DNA of 64,000 bases, from the NCBI GenBank assembly GCA_964291675.2, contig OZ219866.1, positions 2,624,001 through 2,688,000 of the forward strand. The letters are read 5' to 3'. The position numbers and the translations under genes are program-made. This DNA comes from Alphaproteobacteria bacterium (lineage in GTDB: Bacteria; Pseudomonadota; Alphaproteobacteria; MPNO01). Below are positions 43,107 through 52,450 of the stretch, in pieces (within the stretch, counting starts at the first letter, position 1; each line of letters opens with the position of its first letter). The notes under the pieces were generated by a model. The model was not told the DNA's origin. It did no database searches and saw only the letters and a program-made list of their open reading frames with translations.

Positions 43107-44132
43107 TCAGGCCGGCCCGCTGACGCCGGCGCTCTCGAAGCTCGCCATGTCGGTCAGCATCGCCGATGCGGCGCGGACAATGGGCCAGGCGAGCAGCGCC
43201 CCGGTGCCCTCGCCGAGGCGCATCTCCAGATCGAGCACCGGCCGGGCCCCCAGCGTCTCCAGCAGGATCGCGTGACCGGCCTCGGCGGAACGGTGCGCGT
43301 AGAGCAGCGCGCGTTCGACCGCCGGCTCCATGTGGAGCGCGGCCAACGCGGCCACGCCGGAGATGAACCCGTCCACCAGCACCGGCCGGTTGGACCTGGC
43401 CCCTTCGATCATCGCCCCGGCCATCATCGCGATCTCGAATCCGCCATACTCGGCCAGCGCCCTGGCGGCGTCGAGCCTCCGCGCGGTGCGTGCGGCGGCT
43501 TCTTCCAGCACGGCGCGCTTGCGGGCGACGCCCTTCTCGTCGAGACCGGTACCGCGGCCCACGAGCCCGGCAAGCGGCAGGTCGAGCAGCTTGTGTGCGA
43601 CAAGGCTCGCCGCCGACGTGTTGCCGATACCCATCTCGCCGAAACAGAGCGCATCGGCTCCGCACTCGGCCGCCAGCGCCGCGCCCGCTTTCAGGGCCGC
43701 GTCGCGCTGGGCTTCGGTCATGGCGGGCTCCAGCCGGCTGTTTCGCGTTCCGGCGCCGATTCGCCGCGACAGGAGGTCCGGGTGGACGATCGGCTCGCCG
43801 GCCACACCCGAATCCACCACCTGAACCGTTACGCCGACCGCGTCCGCGAAGACATTGGCCGCCGCGCCGCCGTGCAGGAAGTTCAGCACCATCTGACGGG
43901 TCACCGCCTGCGGGTAGACCGAAACGCCCTCGGCGGCGATGCCGTGATCGGCAGCGAATATGGTGAGCGCGCAGGTCTCGAGGCGCGGCGCCGTCTTTCC
44001 CGTCGCGCGGGCGAGTTGCAGCGCGAGCGACTCCACCAGCCCCAGGGCGCCGACGGGCTTGGTCTTGCTTTCGATCAGGGCCTGGACGGTCCTGCCGAAA
44101 TCCGGCGGAAGACCCGCGTTCCGTTCCGTCAT
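43107..44132 (-). CDS. cobT: nicotinate-nucleotide--dimethylbenzimidazole phosphoribosyltransferase
   Basis: KTKPVGALG, FAADHG, GEMGIGNT, VDGFI, MRLGEGTGA. Confidence 0.95.
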   Translation of the reverse strand: MTERNAGLPPDFGRTVQALIESKTKPVGALGLVESLALQLARATGKTAPRLETCALTIFAADHGIAAEGVSVYPQAVTRQMVLNFLHGGAAANVFADAVGVTVQVVDSGVAGEPIVHPDLLSRRIGAGTRNSRLEPAMTEAQRDAALKAGAALAAECGADALCFGEMGIGNTSAASLVAHKLLDLPLAGLVGRGTGLDEKGVARKRAVLEEAAARTARRLDAARALAEYGGFEIAMMAGAMIEGARSNRPVLVDGFISGVAALAALHMEPAVERALLYAHRSAEAGHAILLETLGARPVLDLEMRLGEGTGALLAWPIVRAASAMLTDMASFESAGVSGPA

Positions 44133-44158
44133 GGCGCTCGCTCGCCCGGCATCCGCGT

Positions 44159-44635
44159 TCACCCCTCGGTGCCGCCCAGCCAGCGCGCGAGCGCCTTGCC
44201 GGGATCGGCGATCTCCGCGACCGAGCCGTACCACCAGGCCTCCCAGCCGGTCTCCGGCAAGCCGGTGAACAGCATCAGGTTGAGGGGGTAGGCCTCGCTG
44301 TCGGTGCAGCGGCGGAAATCGTCGCGGAACAGGAATACCGGCTTCTCCCAGGCGATCGCCATGCCGAGCTCCACCATCACCCCCTCGTCCGGCGGGCAGC
44401 CGTTGACCACCGCGAACAGCCCGTCGGCGTCGCGCACGTCGCGCAGATCCGCCTGGCCGATCCTGTAGGCCCAGCCCGGGCTCGCCCGGTCGATCTGGTT
44501 GTTGCGCTCGAACGGCTCCCAGATCTCCGCGCCCAGCGCCTCCAGCGCCGCCTTCAGCTCGCGCAGCGGCCCCCGGCTCTGCTGCGCCGAGAAGCCGTAG
44601 GGGTTCGCGAGATAGAGGGTCTTGCTCGCCGCCAT
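44159..44635 (-). CDS. nucleoside 2-deoxyribosyltransferase family protein
   Basis: YLANPYGFS, EPF, DLRDV, PDEGVMVELGMA, NLML. Confidence 0.88.
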   Translation of the reverse strand: MAASKTLYLANPYGFSAQQSRGPLRELKAALEALGAEIWEPFERNNQIDRASPGWAYRIGQADLRDVRDADGLFAVVNGCPPDEGVMVELGMAIAWEKPVFLFRDDFRRCTDSEAYPLNLMLFTGLPETGWEAWWYGSVAEIADPGKALARWLGGTEG

Positions 44636-44729
44636 GCCCGCCCGCCTCCCTGCCGGGCCGGGCACAGCGTCGGGCGCCGCAGGGCCGGAGTCAACGTCGC
44701 TGCCCCGGCGGGCGCCGTCGATGTTCGCA

Positions 44730-46172
44730 TCACTCCGGCCGCTCGCCCGGCACAGGGGTCGCCCCGGGCGTGCCGGTCCTGAACGCGGGCTCGGGGCCGC
44801 CGAAGCGGGCGGTCAGCGCGTTCTGGTCGTCCTTGGCGCGGCGGTCGACGCGCTCGGGATCGCAGATCGCGCGGAGGATCGCCTCGTATTCCGCGACCGC
44901 CGCGGGGTCCGAGGCGGCGAGGTCGACGGTTTCCTCCGGGTCCGCCGCGAGGTCGAACAGCTCCGGCTCGTAGCCGACATAATGGATCAGCTTCCTCGTT
45001 CCCCGCCGCACCATGAAGGCGGCGCTCGGCGAGGCGGCGGCGTGGTACTCGCTGAACGCGACGCGCTCGGGATCGTAGGGTGCGGCGGCGATGTCGAACC
45101 ACGAACGCCCGGGCAGCGCCGCCTCTTCCCCGGTCGGCGCGAGCCCCGCCGTGGCAAGCACGCTCGGATAGGCATCCAGCAGCGAGACCGGCGTGCCGCA
45201 GACCGCGCCCTCGGGGATTCCGGGTCCGGCGAGGATCAGCGGAATCCCCGCCGATTCCTCGTACATGTTGGATTTGCCCCAGAGGCCGCGCGCGCCGACA
45301 TTGTCGCCGTGATCGCTGGTGTAGACGATGCGGGTGGTCCCGCCGAGCCCGACCGCGTCCAGCGACTCCAGCACCTCGCCGATCAGCGCGTCGACATAGG
45401 TGCAGAGCCCGAAATAGGCCGCCACCGCCTTCAGTCGCTCCTCCGTCGTGAGGTTGCGGTCGACCTGCTGGAAGTCGTCCATGCGCTGCAGCCAGGGGTG
45501 GCGGACATAGCCCGCCGCCGGGTCGAGCTTGCGCGCGGGCAGGCGGTCGAGCGGGTAGAGGCCGTAATACGCCTCGGGCACCACCAGCGGAAAATGCGGC
45601 GCAACGAAGCCGACATAGAGCACCCAAGGCTTCTCGTCCCGCGTCGCGGCGTCGGCGAGCCATGCCTTGGCCCGGTCGGCGACCAGCCGGTCGTAGCGGT
45701 TGTAGCTCGATTCGCCCGGCCCGATCCGGTTCAGCATCTTCGCCGGGCGCGAAGGCGGCAGCGGGTCGCGGACCGAGCCCCAGACCTGGCCGATGCCGTC
45801 CATCACGTGCATCGGCTCGATCTCGCGTCCGAACCCGGAATCGATGTCGGCGCCGCGATAGTGCAGCTTGCCGATCGCCTCGACCCGGCGCCCCTCGCGC
45901 CGCAGCCGGTGGCACCAGCTCGGGACGGCCCCGTCATAGGGGTGGGCGTTGTCCCAGTAGCGGGTGTCGTGGACGTGGCGGCCGGTGGCGAAGGCGGCGC
46001 GCGCCGGGATGCAGATCGGCGAGTTGGTGTAGGCGGCGGAAAACCGCGTGCCGCGCTCGGCCAGAAAGTCGAGATTGGGCGTCCGCACCATGCCGTGGCC
46101 GTAGCAGCCCAGCATCTTCGGGTTGTGCTCGTCCGACATGATGAACAGCAGGTTCTGGCCGTCCGGTGCCAT
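44730..46172 (-). CDS. sulfatase (choline-sulfatase-like)
   Basis: IMSDEH, CIPARAAFATG (CxPxR), GKLH, TSDHG. Confidence 0.92.
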   Translation of the reverse strand: MAPDGQNLLFIMSDEHNPKMLGCYGHGMVRTPNLDFLAERGTRFSAAYTNSPICIPARAAFATGRHVHDTRYWDNAHPYDGAVPSWCHRLRREGRRVEAIGKLHYRGADIDSGFGREIEPMHVMDGIGQVWGSVRDPLPPSRPAKMLNRIGPGESSYNRYDRLVADRAKAWLADAATRDEKPWVLYVGFVAPHFPLVVPEAYYGLYPLDRLPARKLDPAAGYVRHPWLQRMDDFQQVDRNLTTEERLKAVAAYFGLCTYVDALIGEVLESLDAVGLGGTTRIVYTSDHGDNVGARGLWGKSNMYEESAGIPLILAGPGIPEGAVCGTPVSLLDAYPSVLATAGLAPTGEEAALPGRSWFDIAAAPYDPERVAFSEYHAAASPSAAFMVRRGTRKLIHYVGYEPELFDLAADPEETVDLAASDPAAVAEYEAILRAICDPERVDRRAKDDQNALTARFGGPEPAFRTGTPGATPVPGERPE

Positions 46173-46173
46173 G

Positions 46174-47760
46174 TCAGCTCCCTTTCCTATCCTGGCCGTC
46201 GCGACCGCGGGCGAAGAACACGACGACGAGCACGGCGAGCGCCATGAAGGCGATCGAGATCGGGCTCGAAAACAGGAACCACGGATCGGCCCCGGTCGCC
46301 GAGAACGCCTGGCGCACCGCCTCCTCCAGATTGTTGGCGAGGATGAAGGCGATCACGAAGGGGAGGACCGAGAAGCGTAGCCTGCGCATCAGATAGCCGA
46401 CCAGGCCGAAGAACAGCGTCACATAGATCGACAGCATCTCCGGCTGCTGCGCGTAGATCGCGGTGAGCGTCAGCAGCAGCACGATGGGCAGGAGGCGCTG
46501 CTTGGGGATTCGCACCATGATCCCCATCGATCGCATGAACGCGCCGCCCACCGTCCAGTTGAGCAGGTTGGCGAACACCATGGCGGTAAACAGGCCGAAG
46601 GCGATGACCATCTCGCCGTTGACCTGGTCGGGGGTCAGGCGGAACACCGCCGGGCCGGGGTTGAAGCCGCTGATGGTCTCGGTCGCGAGGATGATGAACA
46701 CGGCGGCGACGTTGCCGGGGATGCCGAGCGAGAGGACGGGGATCAGATTGGCGCCGGAGACCGCGCTGTTCGCCGCCTCGGTGGCCGCGACCCCCTCGGG
46801 CGCGCCGTCCCCGAAGCGCACCTCGCCCCGGTGCAGCCTGCGCCCCGTCGCGTAGCCGAGCGTCGCGGCGAGTGTCGAGCCGATTCCGGGGAGCGCGCCC
46901 ACCATCGTGCCGATACCGGCGGAGAGACCGACGAAGGGCGCGATGCGCCGGATGTCGCGGAGCCCGAGCCGGTTGTCGCCGGACGCAGCCGGAGCGGAAA
47001 TGGCATCGGTCGCGCGCTTCTCGCGCCACATGTCCTCCAGCGCCGCGAACACCTCGCCCAGGATCAGCACGCCGAGCACCACGCCGATCAGCGGCAGCCC
47101 GCCGGCCAGCGCGTCCGAGCCCAGCGAGAGCCGCGGATGGTGGTCCTCGCCGGTGCCGATAAAGGCCACGAACATGCCGAACAGGGCGGCGAGGATGCCC
47201 TTCCACACCGAATCCCCTACCACCGCGGAGATGAAGGCGAGCGACAGGACGATCAGCGCCGCCTTCTCCGGGAAGCCGAGATAGGCCTCGACGGTGATCG
47301 CGAGGAAGGGTGCGCAGGTGAACAGCACGATGTCGGAGAACGTGTCGCCCGAGGCGGACGAGAAATGGGCGATGCGGAGCGCCTTGCCGGCCTCGCCCTT
47401 CCGGGTCATGGGGAACCCGTCGAGCGTGGTCATCAGCGAATCCGGCGTTCCGGGCGTGTTGAACAGGATCGCCGGCACCGCGCCGCCCACCGTCGCCCCC
47501 TTCATGATGCCGATCAGGAAGCCGAGCACGGGAAGCAGCGCGTCCGGGTTGAAGCCGAAGATGGTGATCAGGATCGGCAGCGAGATCGCCATGGCGAACG
47601 GCCCGCCGAGACCGGGCGTCGCACCGACCACGATGCCGCCGAGGAAGCCGAGGACCACCATGGCCACGGTGATCGAGACCGGCAGCCCGAACACGGTCGC
47701 GACCGGGGCTTGGGTGAACACCGCGACGACGCCGAGCCAGACGTGGTCGAGAATGCCCAT
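46174..47760 (-). CDS. tctA: tripartite tricarboxylate transporter permease
   Basis: GATPGLG, AILFNTPGTP, TTLDGFPM, EAANSA, LGIPG. Confidence 0.9.
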   Translation of the reverse strand: MGILDHVWLGVVAVFTQAPVATVFGLPVSITVAMVVLGFLGGIVVGATPGLGGPFAMAISLPILITIFGFNPDALLPVLGFLIGIMKGATVGGAVPAILFNTPGTPDSLMTTLDGFPMTRKGEAGKALRIAHFSSASGDTFSDIVLFTCAPFLAITVEAYLGFPEKAALIVLSLAFISAVVGDSVWKGILAALFGMFVAFIGTGEDHHPRLSLGSDALAGGLPLIGVVLGVLILGEVFAALEDMWREKRATDAISAPAASGDNRLGLRDIRRIAPFVGLSAGIGTMVGALPGIGSTLAATLGYATGRRLHRGEVRFGDGAPEGVAATEAANSAVSGANLIPVLSLGIPGNVAAVFIILATETISGFNPGPAVFRLTPDQVNGEMVIAFGLFTAMVFANLLNWTVGGAFMRSMGIMVRIPKQRLLPIVLLLTLTAIYAQQPEMLSIYVTLFFGLVGYLMRRLRFSVLPFVIAFILANNLEEAVRQAFSATGADPWFLFSSPISIAFMALAVLVVVFFARGRDGQDRKGS

Positions 47761-48329
47761 CACTGGTCGCCGTTGGGCGGCAGCAGGAGGTCGTCGAACG
47801 GCAGATCGTAGAGGACGATGAGGACGAGCGTCGCCAGCACGGCCGCCAGCGCCGCGCCCCGGGTCAATCGCTGCTCGACGACGGCGATCGCGCCCGCCAC
47901 CATGGCGATGCCGCCCAGCAGATAGCCGAAATACTTGTAAGGGATGGTGTCGCGCAGCTCGCGATAGCTGCCGACGGCGCCGCCGAGCGCGTTGATCGCG
48001 TCGACGACGAGCGGCCCCGTATGGCCCATCAAGGCGAGCCCGACGGCGATTGCGGCCGCGAAGCGGGCGGCGAATGTCAGGCTCTGCCTGTCGAACGCCG
48101 CCGCCTCGCGGCGGGGTTTCAGGATCGCGGAGACCGCCAGCAGCGCCGCCGCAACGAGCATGCCGATGGCGGCGACGGTGGGCGCCATGGCATCGCCGAT
48201 CACGGTGCGGCGCCGGAAGGTCTCGACGACGCCGCTCTCCACGTCGGCCGGGATCCAGACCCCCAGGGTCAGCAGGGCAAACGCGGCGACGGCCGCCGCG
48301 ATGCCCAGCGACCGGGGGTCGATACGCAT
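47760..48329 (-). CDS. TctB-like small membrane subunit
   Basis: Hydrophobic ORF between tctC and tctA, TGATG coupled. Confidence 0.75.
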   Translation of the reverse strand: MRIDPRSLGIAAAVAAFALLTLGVWIPADVESGVVETFRRRTVIGDAMAPTVAAIGMLVAAALLAVSAILKPRREAAAFDRQSLTFAARFAAAIAVGLALMGHTGPLVVDAINALGGAVGSYRELRDTIPYKYFGYLLGGIAMVAGAIAVVEQRLTRGAALAAVLATLVLIVLYDLPFDDLLLPPNGDQ

Positions 48330-48357
48330 CCCGGTCCCGGCGGCCGGGCGGGTCCGC

Positions 48358-49308
48358 CTACTGGGTGGCCGCTATCAGCTTCCTGTTGTTCTCGATGCTG
48401 TCGGCGATGAGCTTTTCGAGCGCCGCGCCGGAGATCAGGCTGGGCCCGCCGAAGGCGCGCTGGACGAACTTCGCCGCCTTGGTGGACGTGTCGGTCAGCA
48501 CCGAGGCGACGGCGTCCGCCATCCCCTGGCGCGCGTCGGCCGGGATTCCCTTGGGGGCGACGATCAGGAACTTGACGCCCGCGTCGTAGGGGATGCCGAT
48601 CTCCTGCAGCGTGGGTATGTCGGGCGAGATCTTGAGCCGCGTCTTCTCCCCCGACACGAGGTTGACCAAGTCGCCCGCCTTGACGCCCTTGTTCTGGATG
48701 CCGGCCACCCAGCCGAGATCCACGTCGCCCGCGGTGATCGCGTTGAGGACCGCGCGGCCGCCGCGGAGCATGACGGTGTTGAACTCGATGCCGAACTTCT
48801 GCTCGGTCACGTAGGCGAGGTCGGCGAGCTTCGGGCCCATCGCGCCGAGCTTGAAGGTGGTGCCCGCCTTGGCCGCCGCGATCACGTCCTCGATCGACTT
48901 CCAGCCGCGCTCCGACCTGGCGACGAGCCCGATCTGGGTGCCCGCCGTCGTCGTGACGTAGGTGAAATCGTCCGCCGCATAGCCGACACTCTTCGCCGCG
49001 AGGACGTTGTAGGTGAAGGTCTGGGTGACCGCGATGCCGAAGGTCAGCCCGTCGTTCGGCTGCGTCTTCAGCTTGCGCGCCATCACCCCGCCGCCTTTGC
49101 CGGTGACGTTCTGCGGGATGATCTTCCACCCCCTGGTCTTCTCCAGCTCGGTCGCGATCAGCCGCGCCTGGGTGTCGGCGCCGCCCCCGGCGGCGAAGGC
49201 GATCATCAGGTTGACGGGACCGCTCGGCTGCCAGGCGGCGGCCGGTCCGGTGACGAAGGCCAGAGCGCCGGCCGCCGCCACCGCCGCACCGAATGACTTG
49301 AAGGACAT
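48358..49308 (-). CDS. tctC: tripartite tricarboxylate transporter substrate-binding protein (Bug/TctC)
   Basis: Signal peptide, FAAGGGADTQAR, NVTGKGG, PDIPTLQE. Confidence 0.9.
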   Translation of the reverse strand: MSFKSFGAAVAAAGALAFVTGPAAAWQPSGPVNLMIAFAAGGGADTQARLIATELEKTRGWKIIPQNVTGKGGGVMARKLKTQPNDGLTFGIAVTQTFTYNVLAAKSVGYAADDFTYVTTTAGTQIGLVARSERGWKSIEDVIAAAKAGTTFKLGAMGPKLADLAYVTEQKFGIEFNTVMLRGGRAVLNAITAGDVDLGWVAGIQNKGVKAGDLVNLVSGEKTRLKISPDIPTLQEIGIPYDAGVKFLIVAPKGIPADARQGMADAVASVLTDTSTKAAKFVQRAFGGPSLISGAALEKLIADSIENNRKLIAATQ

Positions 49309-49338
49309 CTCGGGTCTCCTGCTCGAAGGCTCATATTA

Positions 49339-49352
49339 GTTGTCATGACAAC
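49339..49352. promoter_or_regulatory. perfect palindrome GTTGTCATGACAAC, candidate MarR operator
   Basis: 30 nt upstream of tctC; related site at 52348-52361. Confidence 0.65.
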
Positions 49353-49390
49353 CTTATCACCGAAACACGGTCCCCGGCAACGCGCCGCGC

Positions 49391-50278
49391 CTAGCCGGTG
49401 TGGCGCTCGGCCTCGGGTCCGCCGAGGGGGACGCGCATCAGGTCCTCGCCCCAGACGATGTTGCCGGCGAAGACTTCCGCCATCTCCGCGATCAGGCGTT
49501 CGCGCAGGCCGGGCACGTCCATCTGGTTGGAGACGTGGCTCACCACCAGCGTCCGCGCCCCGGCTTCCGCCGCGATCCGCGCGGACTCCAGATGGCCCGC
49601 CGCGCCCCGGGTCCATTCCGGGCCGGGCGCGGTGCCCGAGATCTGGTAGGTCATGTGGACCATCACGTCCGACCCGGCGGCCAGCCGCGCGAAGGCGCTG
49701 GAGGGGCCGGAATCGCCCGAATAGGCGAACGAGCCCGCCGGCGCATCGAGACGGAAGCCGAGACAGTCGAGCACCGGCTGGGCGTGCGGCACCGAGACGG
49801 TCCCGATGGTCCAGCCGTCGCCCTCGATGACGTCGCCGCTCGCGATCTCGCGCACGGCGGGTTCGGGGCCCTTGCGCGGGCGGGTGCCGCCGCGCGACTC
49901 GTAGACCTGGACGCTCGGCTCGAGCGTCGTGCGCGCCGCGATATCGGGTCCGAACACGCCGTCGGCGGCGAACAGCAGCCGGGTCATGCGCGCGGTACGC
50001 GCCGGCCCGTAGACCTGGAGCTCCGGGACCTGCCCGGCGCCCTGGTCCCAGCGCGTCATCACCAGCCGCGCGTAGTCGAGGCAGTGATCGTAGTGCAGGT
50101 GGGAGAACGCCAGATGGGTGATGTCGGTCGCCCGGTAACCCGCCTCCATCATCCGGTGATAGGCGCCGGGGCCGAAATCGAACAGGATCACGCTGGCGCC
50201 GAGATCGACCAGGTAGCTCGAGCTCGCCCGCTTGAGCGACGGCGCGGGCGTTCCCGTGCCGAGAAGGACGATTTCCAT
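49391..50278 (-). CDS. MBL-fold metallohydrolase (RNase Z/AtsA-like)
   Basis: LLGTGTP, SHLHYDH, YSGDS, GH, SH motifs. Confidence 0.9.
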   Translation of the reverse strand: MEIVLLGTGTPAPSLKRASSSYLVDLGASVILFDFGPGAYHRMMEAGYRATDITHLAFSHLHYDHCLDYARLVMTRWDQGAGQVPELQVYGPARTARMTRLLFAADGVFGPDIAARTTLEPSVQVYESRGGTRPRKGPEPAVREIASGDVIEGDGWTIGTVSVPHAQPVLDCLGFRLDAPAGSFAYSGDSGPSSAFARLAAGSDVMVHMTYQISGTAPGPEWTRGAAGHLESARIAAEAGARTLVVSHVSNQMDVPGLRERLIAEMAEVFAGNIVWGEDLMRVPLGGPEAERHTG

Positions 50279-50285
50279 GCCGTGA

Positions 50286-50768
50286 CTACTCCTCCGTCGC
50301 CGCCAGCAGCACCCGGGCGCGGGCGTCCAGCCCGTCGAGCAGCGTCGCCAGCCGCTCGCGTTCGGCCGCGCCGAAATCCTCGAACAGGGCCTCTTCCCGC
50401 TCGCGCGAGCGCGCCGCGATCCTGCGATGCAGCGCCCTGCCTTCCCCGGTGAGGGTCAGGATCCGGCTCCGCCCGTCGTCCGGATGGCTGGCTTGCCGCA
50501 CCAGGCCGCGCGCAGTCAGGCGGCGGACGGCCCGGCTGACATTGCTCTTGTCGAGCACCGAGAACTCGGCGACGTCGCGCGCCATCACCGGCCCCAAGGC
50601 GGCCAGGATCGACAGCACGCGCCATTCCAGCACGCTGGTGCCGAACTCCCGCCGGTAGACCCGGGCGGACCACAGCGTCAGGCGGTTGGACAACACCGCC
50701 AGCCTGTAGGCGGTTACCCGGGTCAGGTCGTAGCCGGGATCGTCGCGCGGGTCGTTGCGCACCGCCAT
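50286..50768 (-). CDS. MarR family transcriptional regulator
   Basis: EWRVL, DKSNVSRAV, DGRSRILTLT. Confidence 0.92.
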   Translation of the reverse strand: MAVRNDPRDDPGYDLTRVTAYRLAVLSNRLTLWSARVYRREFGTSVLEWRVLSILAALGPVMARDVAEFSVLDKSNVSRAVRRLTARGLVRQASHPDDGRSRILTLTGEGRALHRRIAARSREREEALFEDFGAAERERLATLLDGLDARARVLLAATEE

Positions 50769-50772
50769 GGTC

Positions 50773-52305
50773 CTATTCGCGGTGTTCGGGAAACGCGTCG
50801 AGCAACGGCCCCGGCCGGGCGCGGACCATGTCCGTCAGCTCGCGGCGCAACCCGCGCCGTCCGTCGTCGTCGAACAAATTGTCCATCTCGTCCGGGTCGT
50901 CGGCGAGGTCGTACATCTCGCCGGCGCCGGAGAGCAAGTCGACGGTGAGCTTGGCGTCCGCCGTGCGAACCGTGCGGAGCCGCAGCTCCACCCCGGCGCG
51001 GCTCGGGTGCAGGTTCCATTCGCCGTAGGCGACGTCTCGGCCTTCCCCGCCCTCGATCAGCGGCTTGAGCGACCGGCTCTGGATGTCGTCCGGGCGGTCG
51101 ATCCCGGCGTAGTCGTAGAACGTCGCCGCGAGGTCCACGGTCGAGACCGGGTCGGCGACGACGCGCCCGGCGGGGACGCCCGGCCCGCGCACGATCAGCC
51201 CGACCCTGAGCAGCCCCTCATACGGCGTCGGCCCCTTGAGGTAGAGGCCGTGATCGCCCAGCAACTCGCCGTGGTCCGCGGTGAACACCGCGAGCGTATC
51301 GTCGGCGAGGCCGAGCGCGTCCAGCCGGTCCAGTATGCGGCCGACGCCGTGGTCGATGAACGCGATCTCGCCGAAATAGTTGGCTGTCATCTCGGCCAGC
51401 TGGCGGTCGGTCTGCGGCTCGATCCGGCTGTATTCGCGGCGCAGGGTGCGCGACCGCTCGGTGCGCGCCCGCGGCTCGTTCTCCAGCGCCGCCCGGTGCC
51501 ACCACGGCCGGCGGTCGAGGTCGCGCGCATGGGTCGGCGAAATGTCCACCTCGTCGGCGCCGTGCAGCCGGCTCCACGGCTCCGGGCAGTCGAACGGGTG
51601 GTGCGGGTCCGGGTAGGAGACCCAGAGGCAGAACGGCGCTTGCGGATCGTGACCGTCGAGAAAGGCCAGCGTGCGATCCGTCACCCAGGTCGTCGAATGC
51701 CAGAGTGCCGGAAGCCTCGAAAACCAGGTCTGCGCCGCCCCGGGCGGCGGCCCGGCATCCTCCGCCCACAGCGACCACGCCTCGCCGTCGCCGCCGCGGC
51801 TCCAGAACCAGCGCTCGAAATGCTGGCCGCGCGGCGGCTTCTCGCAGGGCAGCAGATCGTGCCAGTGGCCGAGGATCATCAGCTCGACCTCGTCGAAGCC
51901 CATATAGGGACCCGTCCAGTCGTCGGGAAAGCCGGCGGACTGCCCGCGGCTCTCCGGCGCGCCGTACGGGGTCGCCGCCGGATCCTCGCCGAAATGGCCC
52001 TTGCCGATGAACTTGCCGGCATAGCCGGCATCCGCGAGACGGCGCGCCCAGCCGCGCTCGGCGGTGCGCGCGTCGAGGTCGACGAAGTTGTCGTAGGCGC
52101 CGTGGGTCAGCGGCAGCATGCCGGTCAGGATCGACGCGCGCGCCGGCTGGCACACCAGGTTGGGCGTGATCGCCGCGGAGAACCGGGTTCCCGCCGCCGC
52201 CATCCGGTCGAGCCAGGGCGTGCGGATCCGCCGCCCCTCGAAGCCGAAACAGTCCCAGCGGTGCTGGTCCGAGGTGATGAGCAGGATGTTGGGCGGTCGC
52301 GGCAC
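50773..52305 (-). CDS. sulfatase
   Basis: PNILLITSDQ, CQPARASILTG, PDPHHP, TADHG. Confidence 0.92.
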   Translation of the reverse strand: MPRPPNILLITSDQHRWDCFGFEGRRIRTPWLDRMAAAGTRFSAAITPNLVCQPARASILTGMLPLTHGAYDNFVDLDARTAERGWARRLADAGYAGKFIGKGHFGEDPAATPYGAPESRGQSAGFPDDWTGPYMGFDEVELMILGHWHDLLPCEKPPRGQHFERWFWSRGGDGEAWSLWAEDAGPPPGAAQTWFSRLPALWHSTTWVTDRTLAFLDGHDPQAPFCLWVSYPDPHHPFDCPEPWSRLHGADEVDISPTHARDLDRRPWWHRAALENEPRARTERSRTLRREYSRIEPQTDRQLAEMTANYFGEIAFIDHGVGRILDRLDALGLADDTLAVFTADHGELLGDHGLYLKGPTPYEGLLRVGLIVRGPGVPAGRVVADPVSTVDLAATFYDYAGIDRPDDIQSRSLKPLIEGGEGRDVAYGEWNLHPSRAGVELRLRTVRTADAKLTVDLLSGAGEMYDLADDPDEMDNLFDDDGRRGLRRELTDMVRARPGPLLDAFPEHRE

Positions 52306-52347
52306 GGAAGGGCTCCCCGATGGACGGGCGCAGGCTGCCGCAATCTA

Positions 52348-52361
52348 GTTGTCGCTGCAAC
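52348..52361. promoter_or_regulatory. imperfect palindrome GTTGTCGCTGCAAC, candidate MarR operator
   Basis: Same TAGTTGTC...CAACC frame as the 49339 site, about 40 nt upstream of the sulfatase-marR operon. Confidence 0.55.
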
Positions 52362-52450
52362 CAGACACCCGCACCCATTCCGGCGCGCCTTGCCGGGCGA
52401 GGGCGTTTTCCGCAATATCGCGCGCCGTCCGACGAACGGAGACCCCGCTC

